The notes beneath the pieces are model-generated. The model was given only the letters and a program-made list of their open reading frames with translations, had not been told where the DNA came from and made no database searches. Below are positions 36,256 to 48,500 of a stretch of DNA of 64,000 bases, one piece after another. Location of the stretch: assembly GCA_002269645.1 (NCBI GenBank), contig NIVC01001177.1:124001-188000 (forward strand), written 5' to 3'. Source of the stretch: Macrostomum lignano. Taxonomy: Eukaryota. The first letter of the stretch is position 1. Each line of letters starts with the position of its first letter. A program made the position numbers and the translations under genes.

Positions 36256-37275
36256 ACAGGACCCTTCCAACAGGTGATATAACCCTTCCAACAGGTGATA
36301 TGACCCTTTTAACAGGTGATATGACCCTTCCAACAGGTGACAGGACCCTTCCAACAGGTGATATGACCCTTTCAACAGGTGATATGACCCTTTCAACAGG
36401 TGATATGACCCTTCCAACAGGTGATATGACCCTTCCAACAGGTGATATGACCCTTCCAACAGGTGATATGACCCTTCCAACAGGTGATATGACCCTTTTA
36501 ACAGGCGATATGACCCTTTTAACAGGTGATATGACCCTTCCAACAGGTGACAGGACCCTTTCAACAGGTGATATGACCCTTTCAACAGGTGATATGACCC
36601 TTTCAACAGGTGATATGACCCTTCTAACAGGTGATATGACCCTTCCAACAGGTGATATGACCCTTTCAACAGGTGATATGACCCTTTCAACAGTTGATAT
36701 GACCCTTCCAACAGGTGATATGACCCTTTCAACAGGTGATATGACCCTTCCAACAGGTGATATGACCCTTTCAACAGGTGATATGACCCTTTCAACAGGT
36801 GATATGACCCTTCTAACAGGTGATATGACCCTTCCAACAGGTGATATGACCCTTCCAACAGGTGATATGACCCTTTCAACAGGTGATATGACCTTTCCAA
36901 CAGGTGATATGACCTTTCCAACAGGTGATATGACCTTTCCAACAGTTGATATGACCCTTTCAACAGGTGATATGACCCTTCTAACAGGCGATATGACCCT
37001 TCCAACAGGTGATATGACCCTTTCAACAGGTGATATGACCTTTCCAACAGGTGATATGACCTTTCCAACAGGTGATATGACCTTTCCAACAGGTGATATG
37101 ACCTTTCCAACAGGTGATATGACCTTTCCAACAGGTGATATGACCCTTTCAACAGGTGATATGACCCTTTCAACAGGTGATATGACCCTTCCAACAGGTG
37201 ATATGACCTTTCCAACAGGTGATATGACCCTTCCAACAGGTGATATGACCCTTCCAACAGGCGATATCCCATATT
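36256..37275. repeat. 21-bp minisatellite (aacaggtgatatgacccttcc)n
   Basis: About 48 units. Confidence 0.95.
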
Positions 37276-37974
37276 CCAACAGATGGCATCTCTGTTAATA
37301 TTTTTACATTAAAATGGCTTACCTGTTGCCTGGTACATGTACTTTATAATGTATAGCATACAGTATGGTGTGAATACGCGTTACTAAATTTAGATCAGAA
37401 TTGGCCATAAAAAATGAATTTTTCTTATTAATTGAAATGGCCCTTATAATGGTTATTAATCTTTTATTGGTAACTGCAACAATGAATATAATTTTTTATG
37501 CCTTATTTCATAGCTTTTCTAACTACATTTGCTAACAGGCAGTCATTTTCCTGTGTTCCTGTGCTTATATATACTAAAAGCGGTTTTCCTTGGGCCATAA
37601 TTTTTGTCACTTATTATTTTTTGCTTTGTTAGTTTTTGTGTCTTATCAAGCCAATTATTATTTAACCATCTTCCTAATTATTGTGTTTTAATCACTTTTT
37701 CTCACTACTCAAGTCGCTGTCAAAGACGAACAAAGACGCAATTATAAGTGAATATAATAATTATTCATTGAAAACTATTTTTCTGTGGCTTATATTGGTG
37801 CAAGTACTCGACTAGCTGTTGTGTAATCTGGTGGCTCGCTAGAACAATTATTCTGACAATAGAGACTTTCGGCTGCGGTACAGCACCGTGTCCTACTGGC
37901 TTTTCAATTGTAGACTCAAGTTTTCTGTCATCTGTGTTCCTGGATTTATTATTTTTTCCTTTGTTCTGGTGTTA

Positions 37975-39657
37975 GACTGACGTCCCAGTCTGTAATTGGA
38001 GGCTGACACCCCAGTCTGTAATTGGAGGCTGACTCCCTAGTTTTTAATTGGAGGCTGACACCCCAGTCTGTAATTGTAGGCTGACACCCCAGTCTGTAAT
38101 TAGAGGCCGACACCCCAGTCTGTATGTGATTGGAGGCTGAATCTCCAGTCTGTAATTGGAGGCTGACTGCCCAGTCTGTAATTGGAGGCTGACACCCCAG
38201 TCTGTAATTAGAGGCTGACACCCCAGTCTGTAATTGGAGGCTGAATCTCCAGTCTGTAATTGGAGGCTGACTGCCCAGTCTGTAATTGGAGGCTGACACC
38301 CCAGTCTGTAATTAGAGGCTGACACCCCAGTCTGTAATTGTAGGCTGACACCCCAGTCTGTAATTAGAGGCTGACACCCCAGTCTGTAATTGATGGCTGA
38401 CACCCCAGTCTGTAATTGATGGCTGACATCCCAGTCTGTAATTGGAGGCTGACACCCCAGTCTGTAATTGATGGCTGACACCCCAGTCTGTAATTGGAGG
38501 CTGACACCCCAGTCTGTAATTGGAGGCTGACACCCCAGTCTGTAATTGATGGCTGACACCCCAGTCTGTAATTAGAGGCTGACACCCCAGTCTGTAATTG
38601 GAGGCTGACACCCCAGTCTGTAATTAGAGGCTGACACCCCAGTCTGTAATTGATGGCTGACACCCCAGTCTGTAATTGGAGGCTGACACCCCAGTCTGTA
38701 ATTGATGGCTGACACCCCAGTCTGTAATTGATGGCTGACACCCCAGTCTGTAATTGGAGGCTGACACCCCAGTCTGTAATTGATGGCTGACACTCCAGTC
38801 TGTAATTGATGGCTGACACCCCAGTCTGTAATTGGAGGCTGACACCCCAGTCTGTAATTGATGGCTGACACCCCAGTCTGTAATTGATGGCTGACACCCC
38901 AGTCTGTAATTGGAGGCTGACACCCCAGTCTGTAATTGATGGCTGACACCCCAGTCTGTAATTGATGGCTGACACCCCAGTCTGTAATTGGAGGCTGACA
39001 CCCCAGTCTGTAATTGATGGCTGACACTCCAGTCTGTAATTGATGGCTGACACCCCAGTCTGTAATTGGAGGCTGACACCCCAGTCTGTAATTGATGGCT
39101 GACACCCCAGTCTGTAATTGATGGCTGACACCCCAGTCTGTAATTGGAGGCTGACACCCCAGTCTGTAATTGATGGCTGACACCCCAGTCTGTAATTGAT
39201 GGCTGACACCCCAGTCTGTAATTGGAGGCTGACACCCCAGTCTGTAATTAGAGGCTGACACCCCAGTCTGTAATTGATGGCTGACACCCCAGTCTGTAAT
39301 TGGAGGCTGACACCCCAGTCTGTAATTAGAGGCTGACACCCCAGTCTGTAATTGGAGGCTGAATCTCCAGTCTGTAATTGGAGGCTGACTGCCCAGTCTG
39401 TAATTGGAGGCTGACACCCCAGTCTGTAATTAGAGGCTGACACTGACACCCCAGTCTGTAATTGTAGGCTGACACCCCAGTCTGTAATTGATGGCTGACA
39501 CCCCAGTCTGTAATTAGAGGCTGACACCCCAGTCTGTAATTAGAGGCTGACACCCCAGTCTGTAATTGATGGCTGACACCCCAGTCTGTAATTGATGGCT
39601 GACACCCCAGTCTGTAATTAGAGGCTGACACCCCAGTCTGTAATTGATGGCTGACAC
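37975..39657. repeat. 26-bp minisatellite (ggctgacaccccagtctgtaattgga)n
   Basis: About 64 units. Confidence 0.95.
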
Positions 39658-40336
39658 TCTAATACTTTTTTCAAGAAGACGATTTCTGCCAAGAAAGCCA
39701 TAATAAATATTTATAAAAAATCCGACTTTAAAAATCTAGATCTGGCGGTAAAAATATTTTCCGTTTTGCAACTATATATTTCAAGAAAACGTAAAAATCG
39801 CTTGTTATAAAAAGAAGTTTCCATTACTTTTGTCGGTGAAGTTGATCATTTAGCCGGTAAGCCAAGGTGAAGAATCCGCATTTTCTGCAGCAGCAGTTAC
39901 TGCCATAAACAGAAAACATGATCAACTTCGCAGGCACAAGCAGCAGCTACTCCTAGTAGCTACAATGTATATACAGTTAAATAAGCAGCCTCAAGTAAAT
40001 TTAATTGGGAGCGTTTTGGCGGTAGTCTCTAACAAATTGAATTATTTTTAGGGTAATTAACTTATATTAACAGGTACATGTAATAGTACACACGGAGTCA
40101 ATTAAAAAGGACGATATGCTTTTTGAAATTGTCTAAACTGTACTACAGTACATTTACTACAGTATATAGATCAATCCCAAGCACTCACATTTCGGACACT
40201 TACAGTATTCGTAAACCCTATTCTCTACTGATTTTTTGTGACGAATGCAGGCGCGATATTTTAAAGTACAGCGCAGTCTATACTACTTTCGATTGGCTGG
40301 AAATGTGACATGCAGGTCTAAGCAATAAAACACTCT

Positions 40337-43300
40337 TTAATCAGCTTCCTCATCTTCGTTCAGTGTTGGCATCAGCTGACCGGACGAGGCTGCACTCTTA
40401 GATTTGTTTGCTATTAGGCGACGCTGCGGTGACGCGGGTGGAGGCGACGAAGTTCGCGGTACGTCTGCGGTCGCGTCGACGGTCGCATGGGCAACTTCGG
40501 GACTTGGCGGCGGAGCGCCCGGACCGGCGGGTGCGGCAACGAGCAGCGTTGCTTTTGCTGGGTTGTCCTCGTCTTCTTCTTGTTGTTGCTGCTGTTGCTC
40601 CTGGTCGTTTTCGCCGATGTCGGATTCGTTATCGTCTTCTGTAACAACGTCTGGTGCCGGAGTGGTCAGCGACAGGCAGACGCCGGCAGTGGCGGAATCG
40701 ATCTCACGACGTCCCGATTCAACGTTGTCTAGCGAAGCCGCAGTTGTCAGACGGGTGCCGTCTCGGGTGGTCGGGTGCGGCGCTTCCGTCGGGTAGGCGC
40801 CGGCCTCAGACCAGGGATCGTCCAGCTCGTAGGTTGGACGATTGAGAGCCAGCAGGGTGGCCAGGGCTGCGTCCTGGAGCGGGTTTTGTTATGCAATGCT
40901 TGAGAGACTTGAGGTAGCGCACAAGCTAGCATTGATAAAGGTTACGCAAGGATGACGGATCGTTAAGGTGACGCAGGAATGAAGCATTGACAAGGTGACG
41001 CAAGGATGACGCATTGATAAGGTGACGCAAGGATGACGCATTGATAAAGATGACGCATCGATAAGGTAACGCAAAAATGAAGCATCGGTAAGGTGACGCA
41101 AGGATGACGGATCGATAAGGTGACGCAAAAATGAAGCATCGATAAGGCGACGCAAGGATGACGCATTGATAAAGGTGACGCAAAGATGACGCATTGATAA
41201 AGGCGACGCAAGGATGACGCATTGATAAGGTGACGCAAGGATGACGGATCGATAAGGTGACGCAAAAATGAAGCATTGATAAAGGTGACGCAAAGATGAC
41301 GCATTGATAAAGGCGACGCAAGGATGACGCATTGATAAGGTGATGCAAGGATGACGCATCGATAAGGCGACGCAAGGAATCCGTGGCAGTGACGGACGGA
41401 ACCAATCCACAAACACAGAGGCAATGACAAAATCTCACCTTGGTCCCTGGCTGCCTACTCGGCAGCACCTCATCCAGCAGGGTAGATCTATCCGACCGAC
41501 ACTCAACAGCCACCGAAGTGGAGCCTCCAGCTGTTGAGGCTCCCGACGATCTGGCCGACAATTGCGTGGAGGCTGCTGGCGTAGTGTCGGCTGAGACAGG
41601 ACCCAGCATCAGCTGGCAGTCTCTGCCCACGGCCCGTTTGAACTGGCCGACAACCTGGTTATTTGGTGGTTTAATGTGCGTCGTTGTACTGCTTAATTTA
41701 ATCACTGTTTTATTTGCGAAAGGTTTTTAGCAGAAAAAAACTCTTACTAGTCTCGATCCTCCGCCGCCAGTGTGCGCGTTGCTTTTTCCCTGCCCGACGC
41801 GTCGCTGATCGACCGATTTTGTTCCAATCGGGGGTAAACGTCGTTTTTCAATCGCTTCCTCTCCGACAGCTCCTGGCGAGCTGTCCATCAGAAAGACCGG
41901 CATTTTAGTCGTATGCTTCTGAGGCTCTCGAAGATTCCTACCCGATTCGCTGTTGTGCAACTGGGCCCGGCGTTGCCGCAGCACGTAGCGCTCGAATTCG
42001 CTGCCGGAATCCTGCGGTGCCGGCGCTGCTGCCGCCGCTCCAGTGGGGGTGTCGGCCGCCTGCTCCACCATTCTTGTCAGGCTCTCATTCGTCATTGGCT
42101 CTCTACGCGTTGGCGGAGGGAGGTGGGTGGTCATTTCAGGGGAAGAGGAGAGGGTAGGGGATTCCCGGCCTGTACGTCTCCGGTAGGGAATCCCTCGTTG
42201 AGATATTTTTAGCTATTCTTGAGAAGCAACATCATATCCAGCAGGGAGTTAGAAATGTTTATGCCGCACCGCAAGTCTGGGAATCCTTCAATTATTGGAT
42301 CTATTTTTAGCGCACCTGAGGTTTGAAAACGTTTTACACGACACGGACGATACGAGATTATAAAAATTTAGCATAATCAATTTTTAGTTGTAACAATTAA
42401 GCTATAGGTTAAATAAACTTGGGTCATTAATTAGGCTTAAAAGTGCATAATTGTTTTTGAGACGTTAGTTAATTTACTGTTAATCAACATCAAAATGATA
42501 ATCTTTTAATGCTACACTTACTACTTGTATATGCTACTAAAAATTACATAAAAGTGTTTCAACTAAAAAGTACAGAATTTACTTATACGCATTGTCTCAC
42601 CCTCGATCCACGCCTCGCAGCACCTCTGACAGCAAATCAGAGGGCAACTTGAAGAGATCAACGCTAAATTTAAATTTTTGGTGAATTAATTAGAAGTAAA
42701 AATTGACTAAAATAAACATCAATAGCACTCTGCATAAGTTTCTGTGAATGTACTTTTTTATAAACATGTTTGATGTACCTGGTAATTAATTAAGTGAGCG
42801 GTGCAAATAAAAAAAATTCAAGTGAACTTTATTGTGTGAGCATTAGTGTACATTGTCATGTAATCTTGTTGTTTGCCTATAGTTGCATTACAAATAATGT
42901 AAACAAATTTCTGTAGATTTTAATTCTCTTTTCGACAACTTTTATGCCCCTACGAAGATGAAAGAGAGAATAAATGTTTATTAGATCGCTAAAGATGTTT
43001 ATTATTTGTCATGTCTGGCTAAGAAAGACAAATTTACTCACTTCTTAGCTGCCGAAGATGGAGCCATTGATCTGAAAAACCTCTGCACCCTAGCGGTTGA
43101 CAAGTGGGACCGCTCGACGGCTCTCTCCTGGAATTGGGAAATACTTGATCGACTTCAAGATACACAAGGTTAAGTTGTGCAATACAAATGATAGAACTCA
43201 ATTCTTACCTGCAGGAAAGCCTGTCTCTGGTTATAAGTATCTTCCTGCAAGTATTGGCCCAGCTCCTGATTAATATTCACGCAGGCCAGGGTTGGGTCCG

Positions 43301-44601
43301 GGTCGCTGCGCCTGAAAAGTGCAGCCGGGTCCGTTGTTGGAGTAAATAGTTGCTGCTCAGTGGAGTTTACTCAATAGATGGAGAGAGTGGAGAGAGGGAG
43401 AGATACAGAAAAGGAGAGAAGAGAGATGGGGCAAATGAGAGAAGGAGAGATAGAGAATAGGAGAGAAACGTGATAGAGAAAAGAGAGAAGGGGAGATAGA
43501 GAGAACCGTGGGGACCAATTCGGTGACAATACCATGAAAAAGTAAAAATAAAAAATTCAGGCTTTATATTGAATTGAATCCTTTCAGTGGGGGGGGGTAG
43601 TTTAACTTTAATGATAAGAGTTATTAAGGTAAAACACAGATTATAGAAAATTTCGTAAAACTGCGTTATCTCAATCCTACCTGAGCGGTCCCTCTTTCGG
43701 CTTTCGATTTGGATTCGGCACCCAGACATACTCTCGGCTGTGCTGATGCAGCGCCGCGTACTGTCGGCCAACGTCTTCATGCTGCTGATTCGACATGTCC
43801 TGAACACATAACGATCGTTGCTTGGCAACCGGGCGACGCCATCGACCTTGGCTGGGATGAGACAAGCCCTTGTCATCTAGTTCGTCTTCGTACTCCTCGT
43901 CCGCATCCAGATCATCTTCGGCATCAGCGGCGGCTCCATCACCGCGTGGAAGCTGACCTCGACGCGGTTTAGGGGCCATCTGTCTGCTCAGGCTTGACAT
44001 TGGGGTGGGCATGTGCTTGATTGACAGCTGTCCGGCTGAGATGCCTCTCCCGGCCATCGAGTGCCAATCGTCAGCGTCAACTGCATGACCGTCGATGCTG
44101 TTAAACAGTTCGTCAACCATATTGTGCACCTTCTGCGTCGGAATCTCTGCGACTGAATTTTTATCGTTATACAAATATAAATCATAATTTATCAAATATT
44201 TTAATTATGTTTGAAGTTTAATAGTTTTAGAGCTTATTAACAGTCAGACAAGGATCTTAATAAATAAGGTTTCAAACGTGCATTATATTATCGACTACAA
44301 ATTCACGTAGCGTTTTGATAAATTACAGATGTGTCTAAAAAAGAAAAAAGCGAATAAAACTTAGGTATCATTTAAAATTATTACAACAAATACCTCTCTG
44401 AGTATCTGCTGGTCTTTCCAGCGTTTGCTTGTGGGCTTGAATTTCTGTTGGAGGGACGCCTTTTAGCATTAGAAGATAAGCATTTCGCCTATATAACTTT
44501 CTTGATGCCCAACATGATGGATGAGAGCAACCAACATCGTTACAATGGTTTACAACCAAAGTAGGAGTCTCCATACGTGATACTGCAGTCATTAAATCCA
44601 T
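40337..44601 (-). CDS. Uncharacterised, largely low-complexity protein, complement(join(40337..40873,41439..41654,41748..42102,42601..42663,43042..43127,43209..43311,43681..44152,44394..44601)), about 679 aa
   Basis: Seven GT-AG introns chain in phase, totalling 2040 nt; the 42102 acceptor is least certain. N-terminal CNDVGCSHPSCW resembles the C-x3-C-x-HP-x-CW motif of C9orf43/DUF4647. Confidence 0.75.
40945..41385. repeat. 27-bp intronic minisatellite (gataaggtgacgcaaggatgacgcatt)n
   Basis: About 16 units. Confidence 0.9.
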
Positions 44602-45515
44602 TTTCCAATGACATTGGTCAATACAGTGCTTTCCTGTTTGAAATCTTTACTGATATTGTTCAACAAAAAACCTCAGGACACTGTCAAGTTAAAAATAAAA
44701 GAGTTTTTAGCTACTAATTACATTACATGTAAAATAAAAAGCAAATCGACTTCTAAAATGTTTAAACTTTTTTCAAAGCATAAAAATCTGCTAAGTTCAT
44801 AGCTTATATATATTGTTAATACTTTTTGTTTTAGTTAAAAAAACATAAACTCTTAACTCGTTTTTGAGCCTTATCATTTTCCGGTGCACTGTGTAGAATT
44901 CTATTTTCTATGACCAGCGAACTGTAGTACTACATTTTCTATCCGTAATGGCGATTTATATATGACAGAGAAAACAGAAAGACATCTAAAACGATGCTAA
45001 CACACTTTAATAATAAAAAGTTGATAAAAAATAGAAAAAGCACTTGCTTCATTGAATGCGATAACTCCTAAAAAACGCAGTTAACCGGCTTTGATAAGCA
45101 GTTTTGCAGAATTTTGTGCTTTTAATCGGCTTTGACTGTAGAAAAAGTCTTTTATTTGCTCGGTCAATGAATACTGTTAGCCGCTTTTTTTCCAAAGTGC
45201 ATGAGAACAATTTTTTGAGAACTACGCTAGTAGTTACGTTTATTACTTAGGTTAGTACTACGTTAGTACTACGTTAGTACTACGTTTGGGTTAATAAGTA
45301 TATATTTTTCGTGTTTTTCTGACTTCTTAATGATAATAGATTCGTACACAAAGAGTCGAGCGCTGTACTATTGAAAGAATTATTTTTGTTGTCATTTATA
45401 AATCTTAAGAAAAACTGTTACACATAAATAAAACATAGGTCTATCAATCATTTTATTTCTAATTCACCTAGTCTAGAACTTTAGGTCTTATCCCTTCAAG
45501 CTTTGTAGTATATAG

Positions 45516-48500
45516 TAGGCTGTCCAGTGAGTTTCTAAAGTTTATGGTATCCTATTTTTTCTTGTCTAGCATGATAGAGGGTCTTGAGTGATTTCCAAAA
45601 TGGCCAAGATTGTTAAGATTGGTCAAGTGATAAAAAAGTTATGGCTATTTAAAGATTCAAAATTTGCGTTTTTTTAGATATAAAAATTACACTATGGGCT
45701 TGTTCCCTTTTTGATATCAGTTTTGAAAAAAGGTACTTTAGTAGAGTGTAAAATAGTCATTTTTTGTCCAAATTTGCTACTTTTGGTCTTATTTCAAAGA
45801 TCTACTTGTTTTGCTTCTTTTGCCATGCTTTTTCTGTCATTACATGGTTGGATATGAAAAATATGCTTACATGTTGTTACAAAAGTTGAAAAAAATGGCA
45901 TATGCCGGAGCATGATTTTTTAATTCTTTTGTCAGTAAGTTAGAAACTATCCTGCCTTTTGTAGTGAGACTTTGCAAATTAAAGGTAAACAGTGGTTTGT
46001 ACTCATAGATAAATTTTGGAGTTTCTATTTAGGGTGGAACATTTTTTAAAAACTTTTTATCTCTATTTTTGTCACTTATTTTAGCTTTTTGGCTCATCCG
46101 GGCAAGTTTTTAGAACTTTTTTGTCTACAAGTTGAAAAATATCTTGGTTTCAGCAGTGAAACTTTACATTTATATGACAAACAGTTGTTTCTACAACTGT
46201 GTGTACCTTCTTTCTTTATATGTAGGTTATAGAAAACATTTTCTACTTTTTTGTTGCCTTTTTATCACTGTTTTTTAGCTTTTTGGCATATCTGCAGCAC
46301 ATTTTCTGTTTGATTTTGTCCATCAGTTCACAAGACACAATTATTTTGCAAAAGTGTATATTTAATTTTAAATTTAAGTTAACCTTAAAAGTAAACAAGT
46401 TAAAGATCATTTACTAGATTTAGGCTCAGTCTTCAGGCATGGTCATAACTCGTGCAAGACTCATAGTCATATCATACATAGTCATTTAGGCTCAGGGGAC
46501 TTCAGTCAACTCTCAAGAAGTTAAGTTGAAACAATTATTCATTATATATAATTATATGTATAATATATGTTAATTATATTATACTTATACTATAACATAT
46601 AGTTATACAGTCTCATAGCTATATATATAGTCCTGGCTGGCCTATGCCAGGCTAGGCCTAGGGTTCATACTATCTTGTACTTGTAACTGAGACAGTGAAA
46701 GTCAAACTGGTTAGTCATTTTAGTCCATTTATAATTACATATTATAATTATTATTTACCTTTCTGACCCCTGCTCTTTTTACTGCATTCCAGCTACTGAA
46801 GTAGTGAAGATACAAAAGCTACAATTGCTTTTCTACAATTGCCAGATTTATTGTCAACTGAACTGTTTTATTTAGTTTAGTGTCCTCGTGTCCTTGACCC
46901 CACTCCCACTTGTCCAAGTCCAATGGATCGCCTGATCCCCATCTCCATTGAGAGAGCCATCAAATTTGTCGATAAAGCCAAGGCCAAGGGCGAGAATGGC
47001 GCCAGTCGAGCGACCCGCCTCCTGCGTGCCATGGGCCTTCCCCCCACAGCTGTCAGCTTGCGTTCGAAGGAGGCATTACAATCACTAATTTGCAGATTGA
47101 CACTGGCTTGGGCGCCAACCGCACCGTCTGCCTGTCGCTGCGTGAGGTGGAGGGCGGCACTGCGGAAGTGTATTTCCGCGAGTTCGACGCCAGCATGGAC
47201 GATCTGGTGTACAACTACTGCGCCCTCACGCTTGGAGATCGCAGCGACGAGGAGCGCCAGGAAATGAAGAGCAACGTGGTGATGACCCTGAAGTTTCTGA
47301 TGACGGACCGGCACGTTGTCAACAAAAGCCTTCACGTTTGTACACCCTTTTGCCGTTTGGCCTCGGACTTAATTGCTTAATTAATAATAATGCCCTACTA
47401 GTACTACTTAGTACTTATTAATATTATAACACCTATTTTTGTAAACTTTTAAGTAATATAACTAGTAATTTAAACCAAGCCGGCAGTAAACGTAAACTGA
47501 AACACAATAATAATAATAAGTAATACGGTTGTTACATTTTTTCGTACAAAAATGAACATTAAAACAGCTTCTGCTCAACGACATGCGCTCCCAGCTAGCC
47601 GATCGGCAGGGAGCGCCGGCGCCTCCTCGCATGGTGGCCCTCTTCTGCGGCATGCACGTCATTGTGAATTTGGCTGGTGTTGCAGACAAGGCGCTGCTCG
47701 ATTTCGAGAAGTGCGCCTCGTTGGGGCCCCTTGGCGCTGCTGCGTGTGCAGGTTTTTACCCGTCAAAGGCAGAGTCTGGCGCCCAGCGGCTGATCCGCAC
47801 TGTTTGCAAGGCCTTTCATCACCTAGGCAGTGAGCAATGCGGTGTCTTTACATCGCTGGAGTCCTACTTGGCGATTCACGATAAGCCGGCCTTCCGAATG
47901 GAGGACTTCAGAGGGAATCGCCTTTATGTGATTTTCCCCAATGGCGGCTTTCTCTACCGGCAGAAGGACGTGCTATCGGCCTTTCTGTCCGCGTCGGAGG
48001 GTAAGAACCGCCTGCTGCTTGCGGTGGAAGCTGACCTCGCCTCCGGAGTGCTGCTGGCTGGCTGTCGTGCCCTTGGGTTACTCGACCTGCTGCTCATCCG
48101 GCCTCTGTGGACGCTGCTGCGCGACTCAGGCGTCACGCTGATCGATATGAATCGGCACTATGAGACTGCCCATCGTTGGCTGCAGAGCGTCGCCTCGGCC
48201 GACAGTGTCGCCCCATCGGTTGAGCTGCAGGGCCCGTTCCCCGAGCTGGCGCACTCCGTACTGCGGGATGCTGACGCGCAGACCTCCTGGGAGGCGCTGA
48301 CGACTGCGGAGGCGTCCCTGGAGGAGAACAGCCTTGTCGGCCAAGCCCTTCAGGTTAGTTAAAAAAGCTAGGACTATGAACAGAAGCAGACAAAAACATC
48401 AATAGTTATGTGTCAGTGATAAATGAAATTGTTTGAAAAAAATTCCACTACTATTTTTCATTCTCTTCTACACCAGGTCATCTGCGCCCACATGTTGGTG

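Noticed and set aside
36256-39657. CRISPR-like appearance of regular 21-33-bp repeats
   Set aside because: Units are head-to-tail with no unique spacers and no cas genes, and the context is eukaryotic.
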